Shown here one piece after another: positions 14,101 to 29,100 of a stretch of 64,000 nucleotides of DNA. The stretch lies in assembly GCA_032718475.1 (NCBI GenBank), contig JAUCBJ010006938.1, forward strand, positions 1-64,000, written 5' to 3'. The notes under the pieces are model-generated. The model was not told where the DNA came from, did not search any database, and saw nothing but the letters and a program-made list of their open reading frames with translations. Within the stretch, counting starts at the first letter, position 1; every line of letters begins with the position of its first letter. The position numbers were made by a program, and so were the translations under genes. The stretch comes from Nemertoderma westbladi. Lineage: Eukaryota > Animalia > Xenacoelomorpha.

Positions 14101-17100
14101 TACAGTAAGTAAATAGCAGTCTTAAATACAGTAAGTAGCAGTCTTAAATACAGTAAGTAGCAGTCTTAAATACAGTAAGTAAATAGCAGTCTTAAATACA
14201 GTAAGTAGCAGTCTTAAATACAGTAAGTAAATAGCAGTCTTAAATACAGTAAGTAGCAGTCTTAAATACAGTAAGTAGCAGTCTTAAATACAGTAAGTAG
14301 CAGTCTTAAATACAGTAAGTAAATAGCAGTCTTAAATACAGTAAGTAGCAGTCTTAAATACAGTAAGTAGCAGTCTTAAATACAGTAAGTAGCAGTCTTA
14401 AATACAGTAAGTAAATAGCAGTCTTAAATACAGTAAGTAGCAGTCTTAAATACAGTAAGTAGCAGTCTTAAATACAGTAAGTAGCAGTCTTAAATACAGT
14501 AAGTAAATAGCAGTCTTAAATACAGTAAGTAGCAGTCTTAAATACAGTAAGTAGCAGTCTTAAATACAGTAAGTATAGCAGTCTTAAATACAGTAAGTAG
14601 CAGTCTTAAATACAGTAAGTAGCAGTCTTAAATACAGTAAGTATAGCAGTCTTAAATACAGTAAGTAGCAGTCTTAAATACAGTAAATAGCAGTCTTAAA
14701 TACAGTAAGTAGCAGTCTTAAATACAGTAAGTAGCAGTCTTAAATACAGGAGTAGCAGTCTTAAATACAGTAAATAGCAGTCTTAAATACAGTAAATAGC
14801 AGTCTTAAATACAGTAAGTAGCAGTCTTAAATACAGTAAGTAGCAGTCTTAAATACAGTAAGTAGCAGTCTTAAATACAGTAAGTAAATAGCAGTCTTAA
14901 ATACAGTAAGTAGCAGTCTTAAATACAGTAAGTAGCAGTCTTAAATACAGTAAGTAGCAGTCTTAAATACAGTAAGTAGCAGTCTTAAATACAGTAAGTA
15001 GCAGTCTTAAATACAGTAAGTAGCAGTCTTAAATACAGTAAGTAGCAGTCTTAAATACAGTAAGTAGCAGTCTTAAATACAGTAAGTAGCAGTCTTAAAT
15101 ACAGTAAGTAGCAGTCTTAAATACAGTAAGTAGCAGTCTTAAATACAGTAAGTAGCAGTCTTAAATACAGTAAGTAGCAGTCTTAAATACAGTAAGTAGC
15201 AGTCTTAAATACAGTAAGTAGCAGTCTTAAATACAGTAAGTAGCAGTCTTAAATACAGTAAGTAGCAGTCTTAAATACAGTAAGTAGCAGTCTTAAATAC
15301 AGTAAGTAATAGCAGTCTTAAATACAGTAAGTAGCAGTCTTAAATACAGTAAGTAGCAGTCTTAAATACAGTAAGTAGCAGTCTTAAATACAGTAAGTAG
15401 CAGTCTTAAATACAGTAAGTAGCAGTCTTAAATACAGTGAGTAGCAGTCTTAAATACAGTAAGTAGCAGTCTTAAATACAGTAAGTAGCAGTCTTAAATA
15501 CAGTAAGTAGCAGTCTTAAATACAGTAAGTAAATAGCAGTCTTAAATACAGTAAGTAGCAGTCTTAAATACAGTAAGTAGCAGTCTTAAATACAGTAAGT
15601 AGCAGTCTTAAATACAGTAAGTAGCAGTCTTAAATACAGTAAGTAGCAGTCTTAAATACAAGTGAGTAGCAGTCTTAAATACAGTAAGTAGCAGTCTTAA
15701 ATACAGTAAGTAGCAGTCTTAAATACAGTAAGTAGCAGTCTTAAATACAGTAGTAGCAGTCTTAAATACAGTAAATAGCAGTCTTAAATACAGTAAGTAG
15801 CAGTCTTAAATACAGTAAGTAGCAGTCTTAAATACAGTAAGTAGCAGTCTTAAATACAGTAAATAGCAGTCTTAAATACAGTAAGTAGCAGTCTTAAATA
15901 CAGTAAGTAGCAGTCTTAAATACAGTAAGTAGCAGTCTTAAATACAGTAAGTAGCAGTCTTAAATACAGTAAGTAAATAGCAGTCTTAAATACAGTAAGT
16001 AGCAGTCTTAAATACAGTAAGTAGCAGTCTTAAATACAGTAAGTAGCAGTCTTAAATACAGTAAGTAGCAGTCTTAAATACAGTAAGTAGCAGTCTTAAA
16101 TACAGTGAGTAGCAGTCTTAAATACAGTAAGTAGCAGTCTTAAATACAGTAAGATAGCAGTCTTAAATACAGTAAGTAGCAGTCTTAAATACAGTAAGTA
16201 AATAGCAGTCTTAAATACAGTAAGTAGCAGTCTTAAATACAGTAAGTAGCAGTCTTAAATACAGTAAGTAGCAGTCTTAAATACAGTAAGTAAATAGCAG
16301 TCTTAAATACAGTAAGTAGCAGTCTTAAATACAGTAAGTAGCAGTCTTAAATACAGTAAGTAGCAGTCTTAAATACAGTAAGTAGCAGTCTTAAATACAG
16401 TAAGTAGCAGTCTTAAATACAGTAAGTAGCAGTCTTAAATACAGTAAGTAGCAGTCTTAAATACAGTAAGTAGCAGTCTTAAATACAGTAAGTAGCAGTC
16501 TTAAATACAGTAAGTAGCAGTCTTAAATACAGTAAGTAGCAGTCTTAAATACAGTAAGTAGCAGTCTTAAATACAGGAGTAGCAGTCTTAAATACAGTAA
16601 ATAGCAGTCTTAAATACAGTAAATAGCAGTCTTAAATACAGTAAGTAGCAGTCTTAAATACAGTAAGTAGCAGTCTTAAATACAGTAAGTAGCAGTCTTA
16701 AATACAGTAAGTAAATAGCAGTCTTAAATACAGTAAGTAGCAGTCTTAAATACAGTAAGTAGCAGTCTTAAATACAGTAAGTAGCAGTCTTAAATACAGT
16801 AAGTAGCAGTCTTAAATACAGTAAGTAGCAGTCTTAAATACAGTAAGTAGCAGTCTTAAATACAGTAAGTAGCAGTCTTAAATACAGTAAGTAGCAGTCT
16901 TAAATACAGTAAGTAGCAGTCTTAAATACAGTAAGTAGCAGTCTTAAATACAGTAAGTAATAGCAGTCTTAAATACAGTAAGTAGCAGTCTTAAATACAG
17001 TAAGTAGCAGTCTTAAATACAGTAAGTAGCAGTCTTAAATACAGTAAGTAGCAGTCTTAAATACAGTAAGTAGCAGTCTTAAATACAGTAAGTAGCAGTC

Positions 17101-20100
17101 TTAAATACAGTAAGTAGCAGTCTTAAATACAGTAAGTAGCAGTCTTAAATACAGTAAGTAGCAGTCTTAAATACAGTAAGTAAATAGCAGTCTTAAATAC
17201 AGTAAGTAGCAGTCTTAAATACAGTAAGTAGCAGTCTTAAATACAGTAAGTAGCAGTCTTAAATACAGTAAGTAAATAGCAGTCTTAAATACAGTAAGTA
17301 ATAGCAGTCTTAAATACAGTAAGTAGCAGTCTTAAATACAGTAAGTAGCAGTCTTAAATACAGTAAGTAGCAGTCTTAAATACAGTAAGTAGCAGTCTTA
17401 AATACAGTAAGTAGCAGTCTTAAATACAGTAAGATAGCAGTCTTAAATACAGTAAGTAGCAGTCTTAAATACAGTAAGTAGCAGTCTTAAATACAGTAAG
17501 TAGCAGTCTTAAATACAGTAAGTAAATAGCAGTCTTAAATACAGTAAGTAGCAGTCTTAAATACAGTAAGTAGCAGTCTTAAATACAGTAAGTAGCAGTC
17601 TTAAATACAGTAAGTAGCAGTCTTAAATACAGTAAGTAGCAGTCTTAAATACAGTAAGTAGCAGTCTTAAATACAGTAAGTAGCAGTCTTAAATACAGTA
17701 AGTAGCAGTCTTAAATACAGTAAGTAGCAGTCTTAAATACAGTAAGTAAATAGCAGTCTTAAATACAGTAAGTAGCAGTCTTAAATACAGTAAGTAGCAG
17801 TCTTAAATACAGTAAGTAGCAGTCTTAAATACAGTAAGTAGCAGTCTTAAATACAGTAAGTAGCAGTCTTAAATACAGTAAGTAGCAGTCTTAAATACAG
17901 TAAGTAGCAGTCTTAAATACAGTAAGTAGCAGTCTTAAATACAGTAAGATAGCAGTCTTAAATACAGTAAGTAGCAGTCTTAAATACAGTAAGTAGCAGT
18001 CTTAAATACAGTAAGTAGCAGTCTTAAATACAGTAAGTAATAGCAGTCTTAAATACAGTAAGTAGCAGTCTTAAATACAGTAAGTAGCAGTCTTAAATAC
18101 AGTAAGTAGCAGTCTTAAATACAGTAAGTAGCAGTCTTAAATACAGTAAGTAAATAGCAGTCTTAAATACAGTAAGTAGCAGTCTTAAATACAGTAAGTA
18201 GCAGTCTTAAATACAGTAAGTAGCAGTCTTAAATACAGTAAGTAGCAGTCTTAAATACAGTAAGTAAATAGCAGTCTTAAATACAGTAAGTAGCAGTCTT
18301 AAATACAGTAAGTAGCAGTCTTAAATACAGTAAGTAAATAGCAGTCTTAAATACAGTAAGTAGCAGTCTTAAATACAGTAAGTAGCAGTCTTAAATACAG
18401 TAAGTAGCAGTCTTAAATACAGTAAGTAATAGCAGTCTTAAATACAGTGAGTAGCAGTCTTAAATACAGTAAGTAGCAGTCTTAAATACAGTAAGTAGCA
18501 GTCTTAAATACAGTAAGTAGCAGTCTTAAATACAGTAAGTAGCAGTCTTAAATACAGTAAGTAGCAGTCTTAAATACAGTAAATAGCAGTCTTAAATACA
18601 GTAAGTAGCAGTCTTAAATACAGTAAGTAGCAGTCTTAAATACAGTAAGTAGCAGTCTTAAATACAGTAAGTAAATAGCAGTCTTAAATACAGTAAGTAG
18701 CAGTCTTAAATACAGTAAGTAGCAGTCTTAAATACAGTAAGTAGCAGTCTTAAATACAGTAAGTAGCAGTCTTAAATACAGTAAGTAGCAGTCTTAAATA
18801 CAGTGAGTAGCAGTCTTAAATACAGTAAGTAGCAGTCTTAAATACAGTAAGTAGCAGTCTTAAATACAGTAAGTAGCAGTCTTAAATACAGTAAGTAGCA
18901 GTCTTAAATACAGTAAGTAGCAGTCTTAAATACAGTAAGTAGCAGTCTTAAATACAGTAAGTAGCAGTCTTAAATACAGTAAGTAAATAGCAGTCTTAAA
19001 TACAGTAAGTAGCAGTCTTAAATACAGTAAGTAGCAGTCTTAAATACAGTAAGTAGCAGTCTTAAATACAGTAAGTAGCAGTCTTAAATACAGTAAGTAG
19101 CAGTCTTAAATACAGTAAGTAGCAGTCTTAAATACAGTAAGTAGCAGTCTTAAATACAGTAAGTAGCAGTCTTAAATACAGTAAGTAGCAGTCTTAAATA
19201 CAGTAAGTAGCAGTCTTAAATACAGTAAGTAATAGCAGTCTTAAATACAGTAAGTAGCAGTCTTAAATACAGTAAGTAGCAGTCTTAAATACAGTAAGTA
19301 GCAGTCTTAAATACAGTAAGTAGCAGTCTTAAATACAGTAAGTAGCAGTCTTAAATACAGTAAGTAGCAGTCTTAAATACAGTAAGTAGCAGTCTTAAAT
19401 ACAGTAAGTAGCAGTCTTAAATACAGTAAGTAATAGCAGTCTTAAATACAGGAGTAGCAGTCTTAAATACAGTAAGTAGCAGTCTTAAATACAGTAAGTA
19501 GCAGTCTTAAATACAGTAAGTAGCAGTCTTAAATACAGTAAGTAGCAGTCTTAAATACAGTAAGTAGCAGTCTTAAATACAGTAAGTAAATAGCAGTCTT
19601 AAATACAGTAAGTAGCAGTCTTAAATACAGTAAGTAGCAGTCTTAAATACAGTAAGTAGCAGTCTTAAATACAGTAAGTAGCAGTCTTAAATACAGTAAG
19701 TAGCAGTCTTAAATACAGTAAGTAGCAGTCTTAAATACAGTAAGTAGCAGTCTTAAATACAGTAAGTAGCAGTCTTAAATACAGTGAGTAGCAGTCTTAA
19801 ATACAGTAAATAGCAGTCTTAAATACAGTAAGTAGCAGTCTTAAATACAGTAAGTAGCAGTCTTAAATACAAGGAGTAGCAGTCTTAAATACAGTAAATA
19901 GCAGTCTTAAATACAGTAAGTAGCAGTCTTAAATACAGTAAGTAGCAGTCTTAAATACAGTAAGTAAATAGCAGTCTTAAATACAGTAAGTAGCAGTCTT
20001 AAATACAGTAAGTAGCAGTCTTAAATACAGTAAGTAGCAGTCTTAAATACAGTAAGTAGCAGTCTTAAATACAGTAAGTAGCAGTCTTAAATACAGGAGT

Positions 20101-23100
20101 AGCAGTCTTAAATACAGTAAATAGCAGTCTTAAATACAGTAAGTAGCAGTCTTAAATACAGTAAGTAGCAGTCTTAAATACAGTAAGTAGCAGTCTTAAA
20201 TACAGTAAGTAGCAGTCTTAAATACAAGGAGTAGCAGTCTTAAATACAGTAAATAGCAGTCTTAAATACAGTAAATAGCAGTCTTAAATACAGTAAGTAG
20301 CAGTCTTAAATACAGTAAGTAGCAGTCTTAAATACAAGGAGTAGCAGTCTTAAATACAGTAAATAGCAGTCTTAAATACAGTAAATAGCAGTCTTAAATA
20401 CAGTAAGTAGCAGTCTTAAATACAGTAAGTAAATAGCAGTCTTAAATACAGTAAGTAGCAGTCTTAAATACAGTAAGTAGCAGTCTTAAATACAGTAAGT
20501 AGCAGTCTTAAATACAGTAAGTAGCAGTCTTAAATACAAGGAGTAGCAGTCTTAAATACAGTAAATAGCAGTCTTAAATACAGTAAGTAGCAGTCTTAAA
20601 TACAGTAAGTAGCAGTCTTAAATACAGGAGTAGCAGTCTTAAATACAGTAAATAGCAGTCTTAAATACAGTAAGTAGCAGTCTTAAATACAGTAAGTAAA
20701 TAGCAGTCTTAAATACAGTAAGTAGCAGTCTTAAATACAGTAAGTAGCAGTCTTAAATACAGTAAGTAGCAGTCTTAAATACAAGGAGTAGCAGTCTTAA
20801 ATACAGTAAATAGCAGTCTTAAATACAGTAAATAGCAGTCTTAAATACAGTAAGTAAATAGCAGTCTTAAATACAGTAAGTAGCAGTCTTAAATACAGTA
20901 AGTAAATAGCAGTCTTAAATACAGTAAATAGCAGTCTTAAATACAGTAAATAGCAGTCTTAAATACAGTAAGTAAATAGCAGTCTTAAATACAGTGAGTA
21001 GCAGTCTTAAATACAGTAAATAGCAGTCTTAAATACAGTAAATAGCAGTCTTAAATACAGTAAGTAAATAGCAGTCTTAAATACAGTGAGTAGCAGTCTT
21101 AAATACAGTAAGTAGCAGTCTTAAATACAGTAAGTAAATAGCAGTCTTAAATACAGTAAGTAGCAGTCTTAAATACAGTAAGTAGCAGTCTTAAATACAG
21201 TAAGTAGCAGTCTTAAATACAGTAAGTAGCAGTCTTAAATACAGTAAGTAAATAGCAGTCTTAAATACAGTAAGTAGCAGTCTTAAATACAGTAAGTAAA
21301 TAGCAGTCTTAAATACAGTAAGTAAATAGCAGTCTTAAATACAGTAAGTAGCAGTCTTAAATACAGTAAGTAGCAGTCTTAAATACAGTAAGTAAATAGC
21401 AGTCTTAAATACAGTAAGTAGCAGTCTTAAATACAGTAAGTAGCAGTCTTAAATACAGTAAGTAGCAGTCTTAAATACAGTAAGTAGCAGTCTTAAATAC
21501 AGTAAGTAGCAGTCTTAAATACAGTAAGTAGCAGTCTTAAATACAGTAAGTAGCAGTCTTAAATACAGTAAGTAGCAGTCTTAAATACAAGGAGTAGCAG
21601 TCTTAAATACAGTAAATAGCAGTCTTAAATACAGTAAATAGCAGTCTTAAATACAGTAAGTAGCAGTCTTAAATACAAGGAGTAGCAGTCTTAAATACAG
21701 TAAATAGCAGTCTTAAATACAGTAAATAGCAGTCTTAAATACAGTAAATAGCAGTCTTAAATACAGTAAGTAGCAGTCTTAAATACAGTAAGTAGCAGTC
21801 TTAAATACAGTAAGTAAATAGCAGTCTTAAATACAGTAAGTAGCAGTCTTAAACACAGTAAGTAAATAGCAGTCTTAAATACAGTAAGTAAATAGCAGTC
21901 TTAAATACAGTAAGTAGCAGTCTTAAATACAGTAAGTAGCAGTCTTAAATACAGTAAGTAAATAGCAGTCTTAAATACAGTAAGTAGCAGTCTTAAATAC
22001 AGTAAGTAGCAGTCTTAAATACAGTAAGTAGCAGTCTTAAATACAGTAAGTAAATAGCAGTCTTAAATACAGTAAGTAGCAGTCTTAAATACAGTAAGTA
22101 GCAGTCTTAAATACAGTAAGTAGCAGTCTTAAATACAGTAAGTAGCAGTCTTAAATACAGTAAGTAGCAGTCTTAAATACAAGGAGTAGCAGTCTTAAAT
22201 ACAGTAAATAGCAGTCTTAAATACAGTAAGTAGCAGTCTTAAATACAGTAAGTAGCAGTCTTAAATACAAGGAGTAGCAGTCTTAAATACAGTAAGATAG
22301 CAGTCTTAAATACAGTAAGTAGCAGTCTTAAATACAGTAAGTAGCAGTCTTAAATACAGTAAGTAAATAGCAGTCTTAAATACAGTAAGTAGCAGTCTTA
22401 AATACAGTAAGTAGCAGTCTTAAATACAGTAAGTAGCAGTCTTAAATACAGTAAGTAGCAGTCTTAAATACAGTAAGTAGCAGTCTTAAATACAGGAGTA
22501 GCAGTCTTAAATACAGTAAATAGCAGTCTTAAATACAGTAAGTAGCAGTCTTAAATACAGTAAGTAGCAGTCTTAAATACAGTAAGTAGCAGTCTTAAAT
22601 ACAGTAAGTAGCAGTCTTAAATACAAGGAGTAGCAGTCTTAAATACAGTAAATAGCAGTCTTAAATACAGTAAGTAGCAGTCTTAAATACAGTAAGTAGC
22701 AGTCTTAAATACAGTAAGTAGCAGTCTTAAATACAAGGAGTAGCAGTCTTAAATACAGTAAATAGCAGTCTTAAATACAGTAAATAGCAGTCTTAAATAC
22801 AGTAAGTAGCAGTCTTAAATACAGTAAGTAAATAGCAGTCTTAAATACAGTAAGTAGCAGTCTTAAATACAGTAAGTAGCAGTCTTAAATACAGTAAGTA
22901 GCAGTCTTAAATACAGTAAGTAGCAGTCTTAAATACAAGGAGTAGCAGTCTTAAATACAGTAAATAGCAGTCTTAAATACAGTAAGTAGCAGTCTTAAAT
23001 ACAGTAAGTAGCAGTCTTAAATACAGGAAGTAGCAGTCTTAAATACAGTAAGTAGCAGTCTTAAATACAGTAAGTAGCAGTCTTAAATACAGTAAGTAAA

Positions 23101-26100
23101 TAGCAGTCTTAAATACAGTAAGTAGCAGTCTTAAATACAGTAAGTAGCAGTCTTAAATACAGTAAGTAGCAGTCTTAAATACAAGGAGTAGCAGTCTTAA
23201 ATACAGTAAATAGCAGTCTTAAATACAGTAAATAGCAGTCTTAAATACAGTAAGTAAATAGCAGTCTTAAATACAGTAAGTAGCAGTCTTAAATACAGTA
23301 AGTATAGCAGTCTTAAATACAGTAAGTAGCAGTCTTAAATACAGTAAGTAGCAGTCTTAAATACAGTAAGTAAATAGCAGTCTTAAATACAGTAAGTAGC
23401 AGTCTTAAATACAGTAAGTAGCAGTCTTAAATACAGTAAGTAGCAGTCTTAAATACAGTAAGTAAATAGCAGTCTTAAATACAGTAAGTAGCAGTCTTAA
23501 ATACAGTAAGTAGCAGTCTTAAATACAGTAAGTAAATAGCAGTCTTAAATACAGTAAGTAGCAGTCTTAAATACAGTAAGTAGCAGTCTTAAATACAGTA
23601 AGTAGCAGTCTTAAATACAGTAAGTAGCAGTCTTAAATACAGTAAGTAAATAGCAGTCTTAAATACAGTAAGTAGCAGTCTTAAATACAGTAAGTAATAG
23701 CAGTCTTAAATACAGTAAGTAAATAGCAGTCTTAAATACAGTAAGTAGCAGTCTTAAATACAGTAAGTAGCAGTCTTAAATACAGTAAGTAAATAGCAGT
23801 CTTAAATACAGTAAGTAGCAGTCTTAAATACAGTAAGTAGCAGTCTTAAATACAGTAAGTAGCAGTCTTAAATACAGTAAGTAGCAGTCTTAAATACAGT
23901 AAGTAGCAGTCTTAAATACAGTAAGTAGCAGTCTTAAATACAGTAAGTAGCAGTCTTAAATACAGTAAGTAGCAGTCTTAAATACAAGGAGTAGCAGTCT
24001 TAAATACAGTAAATAGCAGTCTTAAATACAGTAAGTAGCAGTCTTAAATACAGTAAGTAGCAGTCTTAAATACAAGGAGTAGCAGTCTTAAATACAGTAA
24101 ATAGCAGTCTTAAATACAGTAAATAGCAGTCTTAAATACAGTAAATAGCAGTCTTAAATACAGTAAGTAGCAGTCTTAAATACAGTAAGTAGCAGTCTTA
24201 AATACAGTAAGTAAATAGCAGTCTTAAATACAGTAAGTAGCAGTCTTAAATACAGTAAGATAGCAGTCTTAAATACAGTAAGTAAATAGCAGTCTTAAAT
24301 ACAGTAAGTAGCAGTCTTAAATACAGTAAGTAGCAGTCTTAAATACAGTAAGTAAATAGCAGTCTTAAATACAGTAAGTAGCAGTCTTAAATACAGTAAG
24401 TAGCAGTCTTAAATACAGTAAGTAGCAGTCTTAAATACAGTAAGTAAATAGCAGTCTTAAATACAGTAAGTAGCAGTCTTAAATACAGTAAGTAGCAGTC
24501 TTAAATACAGTAAGTAGCAGTCTTAAATACAGTAAGTAGCAGTCTTAAATACAGTAAGTAAATAGCAGTCTTAAATACAGTAAGTAGCAGTCTTAAATAC
24601 AGTAAGTAGCAGTCTTAAATACAGTAAGTAGCAGTCTTAAATACAGTAAGTAGCAGTCTTAAATACAGTAAGTAGCAGTCTTAAATACAGTAAGTAAATA
24701 GCAGTCTTAAATACAGTAAGTAGCAGTCTTAAATACAGTAAGTAGCAGTCTTAAATACAGTAAGTAGCAGTCTTAAATACAGTAAGTAGCAGTCTTAAAT
24801 ACAGTAAGTAAATAGCAGTCTTAAATACAGTAAGTAGCAGTCTTAAATACAGTAAGTAAATAGCAGTCTTAAATACAGTAAGTAAATAGCAGTCTTAAAT
24901 ACAGTAAGTAGCAGTCTTAAATACAGTAAGTAGCAGTCTTAAATACAGTAAGTAGCAGTCTTAAATACAGTAAGTAGCAGTCTTAAATACAGTAAGATAG
25001 CAGTCTTAAATACAGTAAGTAGCAGTCTTAAATACAGTAAGTAGCAGTCTTAAATACAGTAAGTAGCAGTCTTAAATACAGTAAGTATAGCAGTCTTAAA
25101 TACAGTAAGTAGCAGTCTTAAATACAGTAAGTAGCAGTCTTAAATACAGTAAGTAGCAGTCTTAAATACAGTAAGTAGCAGTCTTAAATACAGTAAGTAG
25201 CAGTCTTAAATACAGTAAGTAGCAGTCTTAAATACAGTAAGATAGCAGTCTTAAATACAGTAAGTAGCAGTCTTAAATACAGTAAGTAGCAGTCTTAAAT
25301 ACAGTAAGTAGCAGTCTTAAATACAGTAAGTAATAGCAGTCTTAAATACAGTAAGTAGCAGTCTTAAATACAGTAAGTAGCAGTCTTAAATACAGTAAGT
25401 AGCAGTCTTAAATACAGTAAGTAGCAGTCTTAAATACAGTAAGTAAATAGCAGTCTTAAATACAGTAAGTAGCAGTCTTAAATACAGTAAGTAAATAGCA
25501 GTCTTAAATACAGTAAGTAAATAGCAGTCTTAAATACAGTAAGTAGCAGTCTTAAATACAGTAAGTAGCAGTCTTAAATACAGTAAGTAAATAGCAGTCT
25601 TAAATACAGTAAGTAGCAGTCTTAAATACAGTAAGTAGCAGTCTTAAATACAGTAAGTAGCAGTCTTAAATACAGTAGTAGCAGTCTTAAATACAGTAAA
25701 TAGCAGTCTTAAATACAGTAAGATAGCAGTCTTAAATACAGTAAGTAGCAGTCTTAAATACAGGAGTAGCAGTCTTAAATACAGTAAATAGCAGTCTTAA
25801 ATACAGTAAATAGCAGTCTTAAATACAGTAAATAGCAGTCTTAAATACAGTAAGTAGCAGTCTTAAATACAGTAAGTAGCAGTCTTAAATACAGTAAGTA
25901 AATAGCAGTCTTAAATACAGTAAGTAGCAGTCTTAAATACAGTAAGTAAATAGCAGTCTTAAATACAGTAAGTAAATAGCAGTCTTAAATACAGTAAGTA
26001 GCAGTCTTAAATACAGTAAGTAGCAGTCTTAAATACAGTAAGTAAATAGCAGTCTTAAATACAGTAAGTAGCAGTCTTAAATACAGTAAGTAGCAGTCTT

Positions 26101-29100
26101 AAATACAGTAAGTAGCAGTCTTAAATACAGTAAGTAAATAGCAGTCTTAAATACAGTAAGTAGCAGTCTTAAATACAGTAAGTAGCAGTCTTAAATACAG
26201 TAAGTAAATAGCAGTCTTAAATACAGTAAGTAGCAGTCTTAAATACAGTAAGTAGCAGTCTTAAATACAGTAAGTAGCAGTCTTAAATACAGTAAGTAAA
26301 TAGCAGTCTTAAATACAGTAAGTAGCAGTCTTAAATACAGTAAGTAGCAGTCTTAAATACAGTAGTAGCAGTCTTAAATACAGTAAGTAGCAGTCTTAAA
26401 TACAAGGAGTAGCAGTCTTAAATACAGTAAATAGCAGTCTTAAATACAGTAAATAGCAGTCTTAAATACAGTAAGTAGCAGTCTTAAATACAAGGAGTAG
26501 CAGTCTTAAATACAGTAAATAGCAGTCTTAAATACAGTAAATAGCAGTCTTAAATACAGTAAATAGCAGTCTTAAATACAGTAAGTAGCAGTCTTAAATA
26601 CAGTAAGTAAATAGCAGTCTTAAATACAAGGAGTAGCAGTCTTAAATACAGTAAATAGCAGTCTTAAATACAGTAAATAGCAGTCTTAAATACAGTAAGT
26701 AGCAGTCTTAAATACAAGGAGTAGCAGTCTTAAATACAGTAAATAGCAGTCTTAAATACAGTAAGTAGCAGTCTTAAATACAGTAAATAGCAGTCTTAAA
26801 TACAGTAAATAGCAGTCTTAAATACAGTAAATAGCAGTCTTAAATACAGTAAATAGCAGTCTTAAATACAGTAAGTAGCAGTCTTAAATACAAGGAGTAG
26901 CAGTCTTAAATACAGTAAATAGCAGTCTTAAATACAGTAAATAGCAGTCTTAAATACAGTAAGATAGCAGTCTTAAATACAGTAAGTAGCAGTCTTAAAT
27001 ACAAGGAGTAGCAGTCTTAAATACAGTAAATAGCAGTCTTAAATACAGTAAATAGCAGTCTTAAATACAGTAAGTAAATAGCAGTCTTAAATACAGTAAG
27101 TAAATAGCAGTCTTAAATACAGTAAGTAGCAGTCTTAAATACAGTAAGTAGCAGTCTTAAATACAGTAAGTAAATAGCAGTCTTAAATACAGTAAGTAGC
27201 AGTCTTAAATACAGTAAGTAGCAGTCTTAAATACAGTAAGTAGCAGTCTTAAATACAAGGAGTAGCAGTCTTAAATACAGTAAATAGCAGTCTTAAATAC
27301 AGTAAGTAGCAGTCTTAAATACAGTAAATAGCAGTCTTAAATACAGTAAGTAGCAGTCTTAAATACAGGAGTAGCAGTCTTAAATACAGTAAATAGCAGT
27401 CTTAAATACAGTAAATAGCAGTCTTAAATACAGTAAATAGCAGTCTTAAATACAGTAAGTAGCAGTCTTAAATACAGTAAGTAGCAGTCTTAAATACAGT
27501 AAGTAAATAGCAGTCTTAAATACAGTAAGTAGCAGTCTTAAATACAGTAAGTAGCAGTCTTAAATACAGTAAGTAGCAGTCTTAAATACAGTAAGTAGCA
27601 GTCTTAAATACAGTAAGTAGCAGTCTTAAATACAGTAGTAGCAGTCTTAAATACAGTAAATAGCAGTCTTAAATACAGTAAGTAGCAGTCTTAAATACAG
27701 TAAGTAGCAGTCTTAAATACAGTAAATAGCAGTCTTAAATACAGTAAGTAGCAGTCTTAAATACAGTGAGTAGCAGTCTTAAATACAGTAAGTAGCAGTC
27801 TTAAATACAGTAAGTAAATAGCAGTCTTAAATACAGTAAGTAGCAGTCTTAAATACAGTAAGTAGCAGTCTTAAATACAGTAAGTAAATAGCAGTCTTAA
27901 ATACAGTAAGTAGCAGTCTTAAATACAGTAAGTAAATAGCAGTCTTAAATACAGTAAGTAGCAGTCTTAAATACAGTAAGTAGCAGTCTTAAATACAGTA
28001 AGTAGCAGTCTTAAACACAGTAAGTAAATAGCAGTCTTAAATACAGTAAGTAGCAGTCTTAAATATAGTGAGTAGCAGTCTTAAATACAGTAAGTAGCAG
28101 TCTTAAATACAGTAAGTAAATAGCAGTCTTAAATACAGTAAATAGCAGTCTTAAATACAGTAAATAGCAGTCTTAAATACAGTAAGTAGCAGTCTTAAAT
28201 ACAGTAAGTAGCAGTCTTAAATACAGTAAGTAGCAGTCTTAAATACAGTAAGTAAATAGCAGTCTTAAATACAGTAAGTAAATAGCAGTCTTGAATACAG
28301 TAAGTAGCAGTCTTAAATACAGTAAGTAGCAGTCTTAAATACAGTAAGTAGCAGTCTTAAACACAGTAAGTAAATAGCAGTCTTAAATACAGTAAGTAGC
28401 AGTCTTAAATATAGTGAGTAGCAGTCTTAAATACAGTAAGTAGCAGTCTTAAATACAGTAAGTAAATAGCAGTCTTGAATACAGTAAGTAGCAGTCTTAA
28501 ATACAGTAAGTAGCAGTCTTAAATACAGTAAGTAGCAGTCTTAAACACAGTAAGTAAATAGCAGTCTTAAATACAGTAAGTAGCAGTCTTAAATATAGTG
28601 AGTAGCAGTCTTAAATACAGTAAGTAGCAGTCTTAAATACAGTAAGTAAATAGCAGTCTTAAATACAGTAAATAGCAGTCTTAAATACAGTAAATAGCAG
28701 TCTTAAATACAGTAAGTAGCAGTCTTAAATACAGTAAGTAGCAGTCTTAAATACAGTAAGTAAATAGCAGTCTTAAATACAGTAAGTAAATAGCAGTCTT
28801 AAATACAGTAAGTAGCAGTCTTAAATACAGTAAGTAGCAGTCTTAAATACAGTAAGTAGCAGTCTTAAATACAGTAAGTAAATAGCAGTCTTAAATACAG
28901 TAAGTAGCAGTCTTAAATACAGTGAGTAGCAGTCTTAAATACAGTAAGTAGCAGTCTTAAATACAGTAAGTAAATAGCAGTCTTAAATACAGTAAGTAGC
29001 AGTCTTAAATACAGTAAGTAAATAGCAGTCTTAAATACAGTAAGTAGCAGTCTTAAATACAGTAAGTAAATAGCAGTCTTAAATACAGTAAGTAGCAGTC

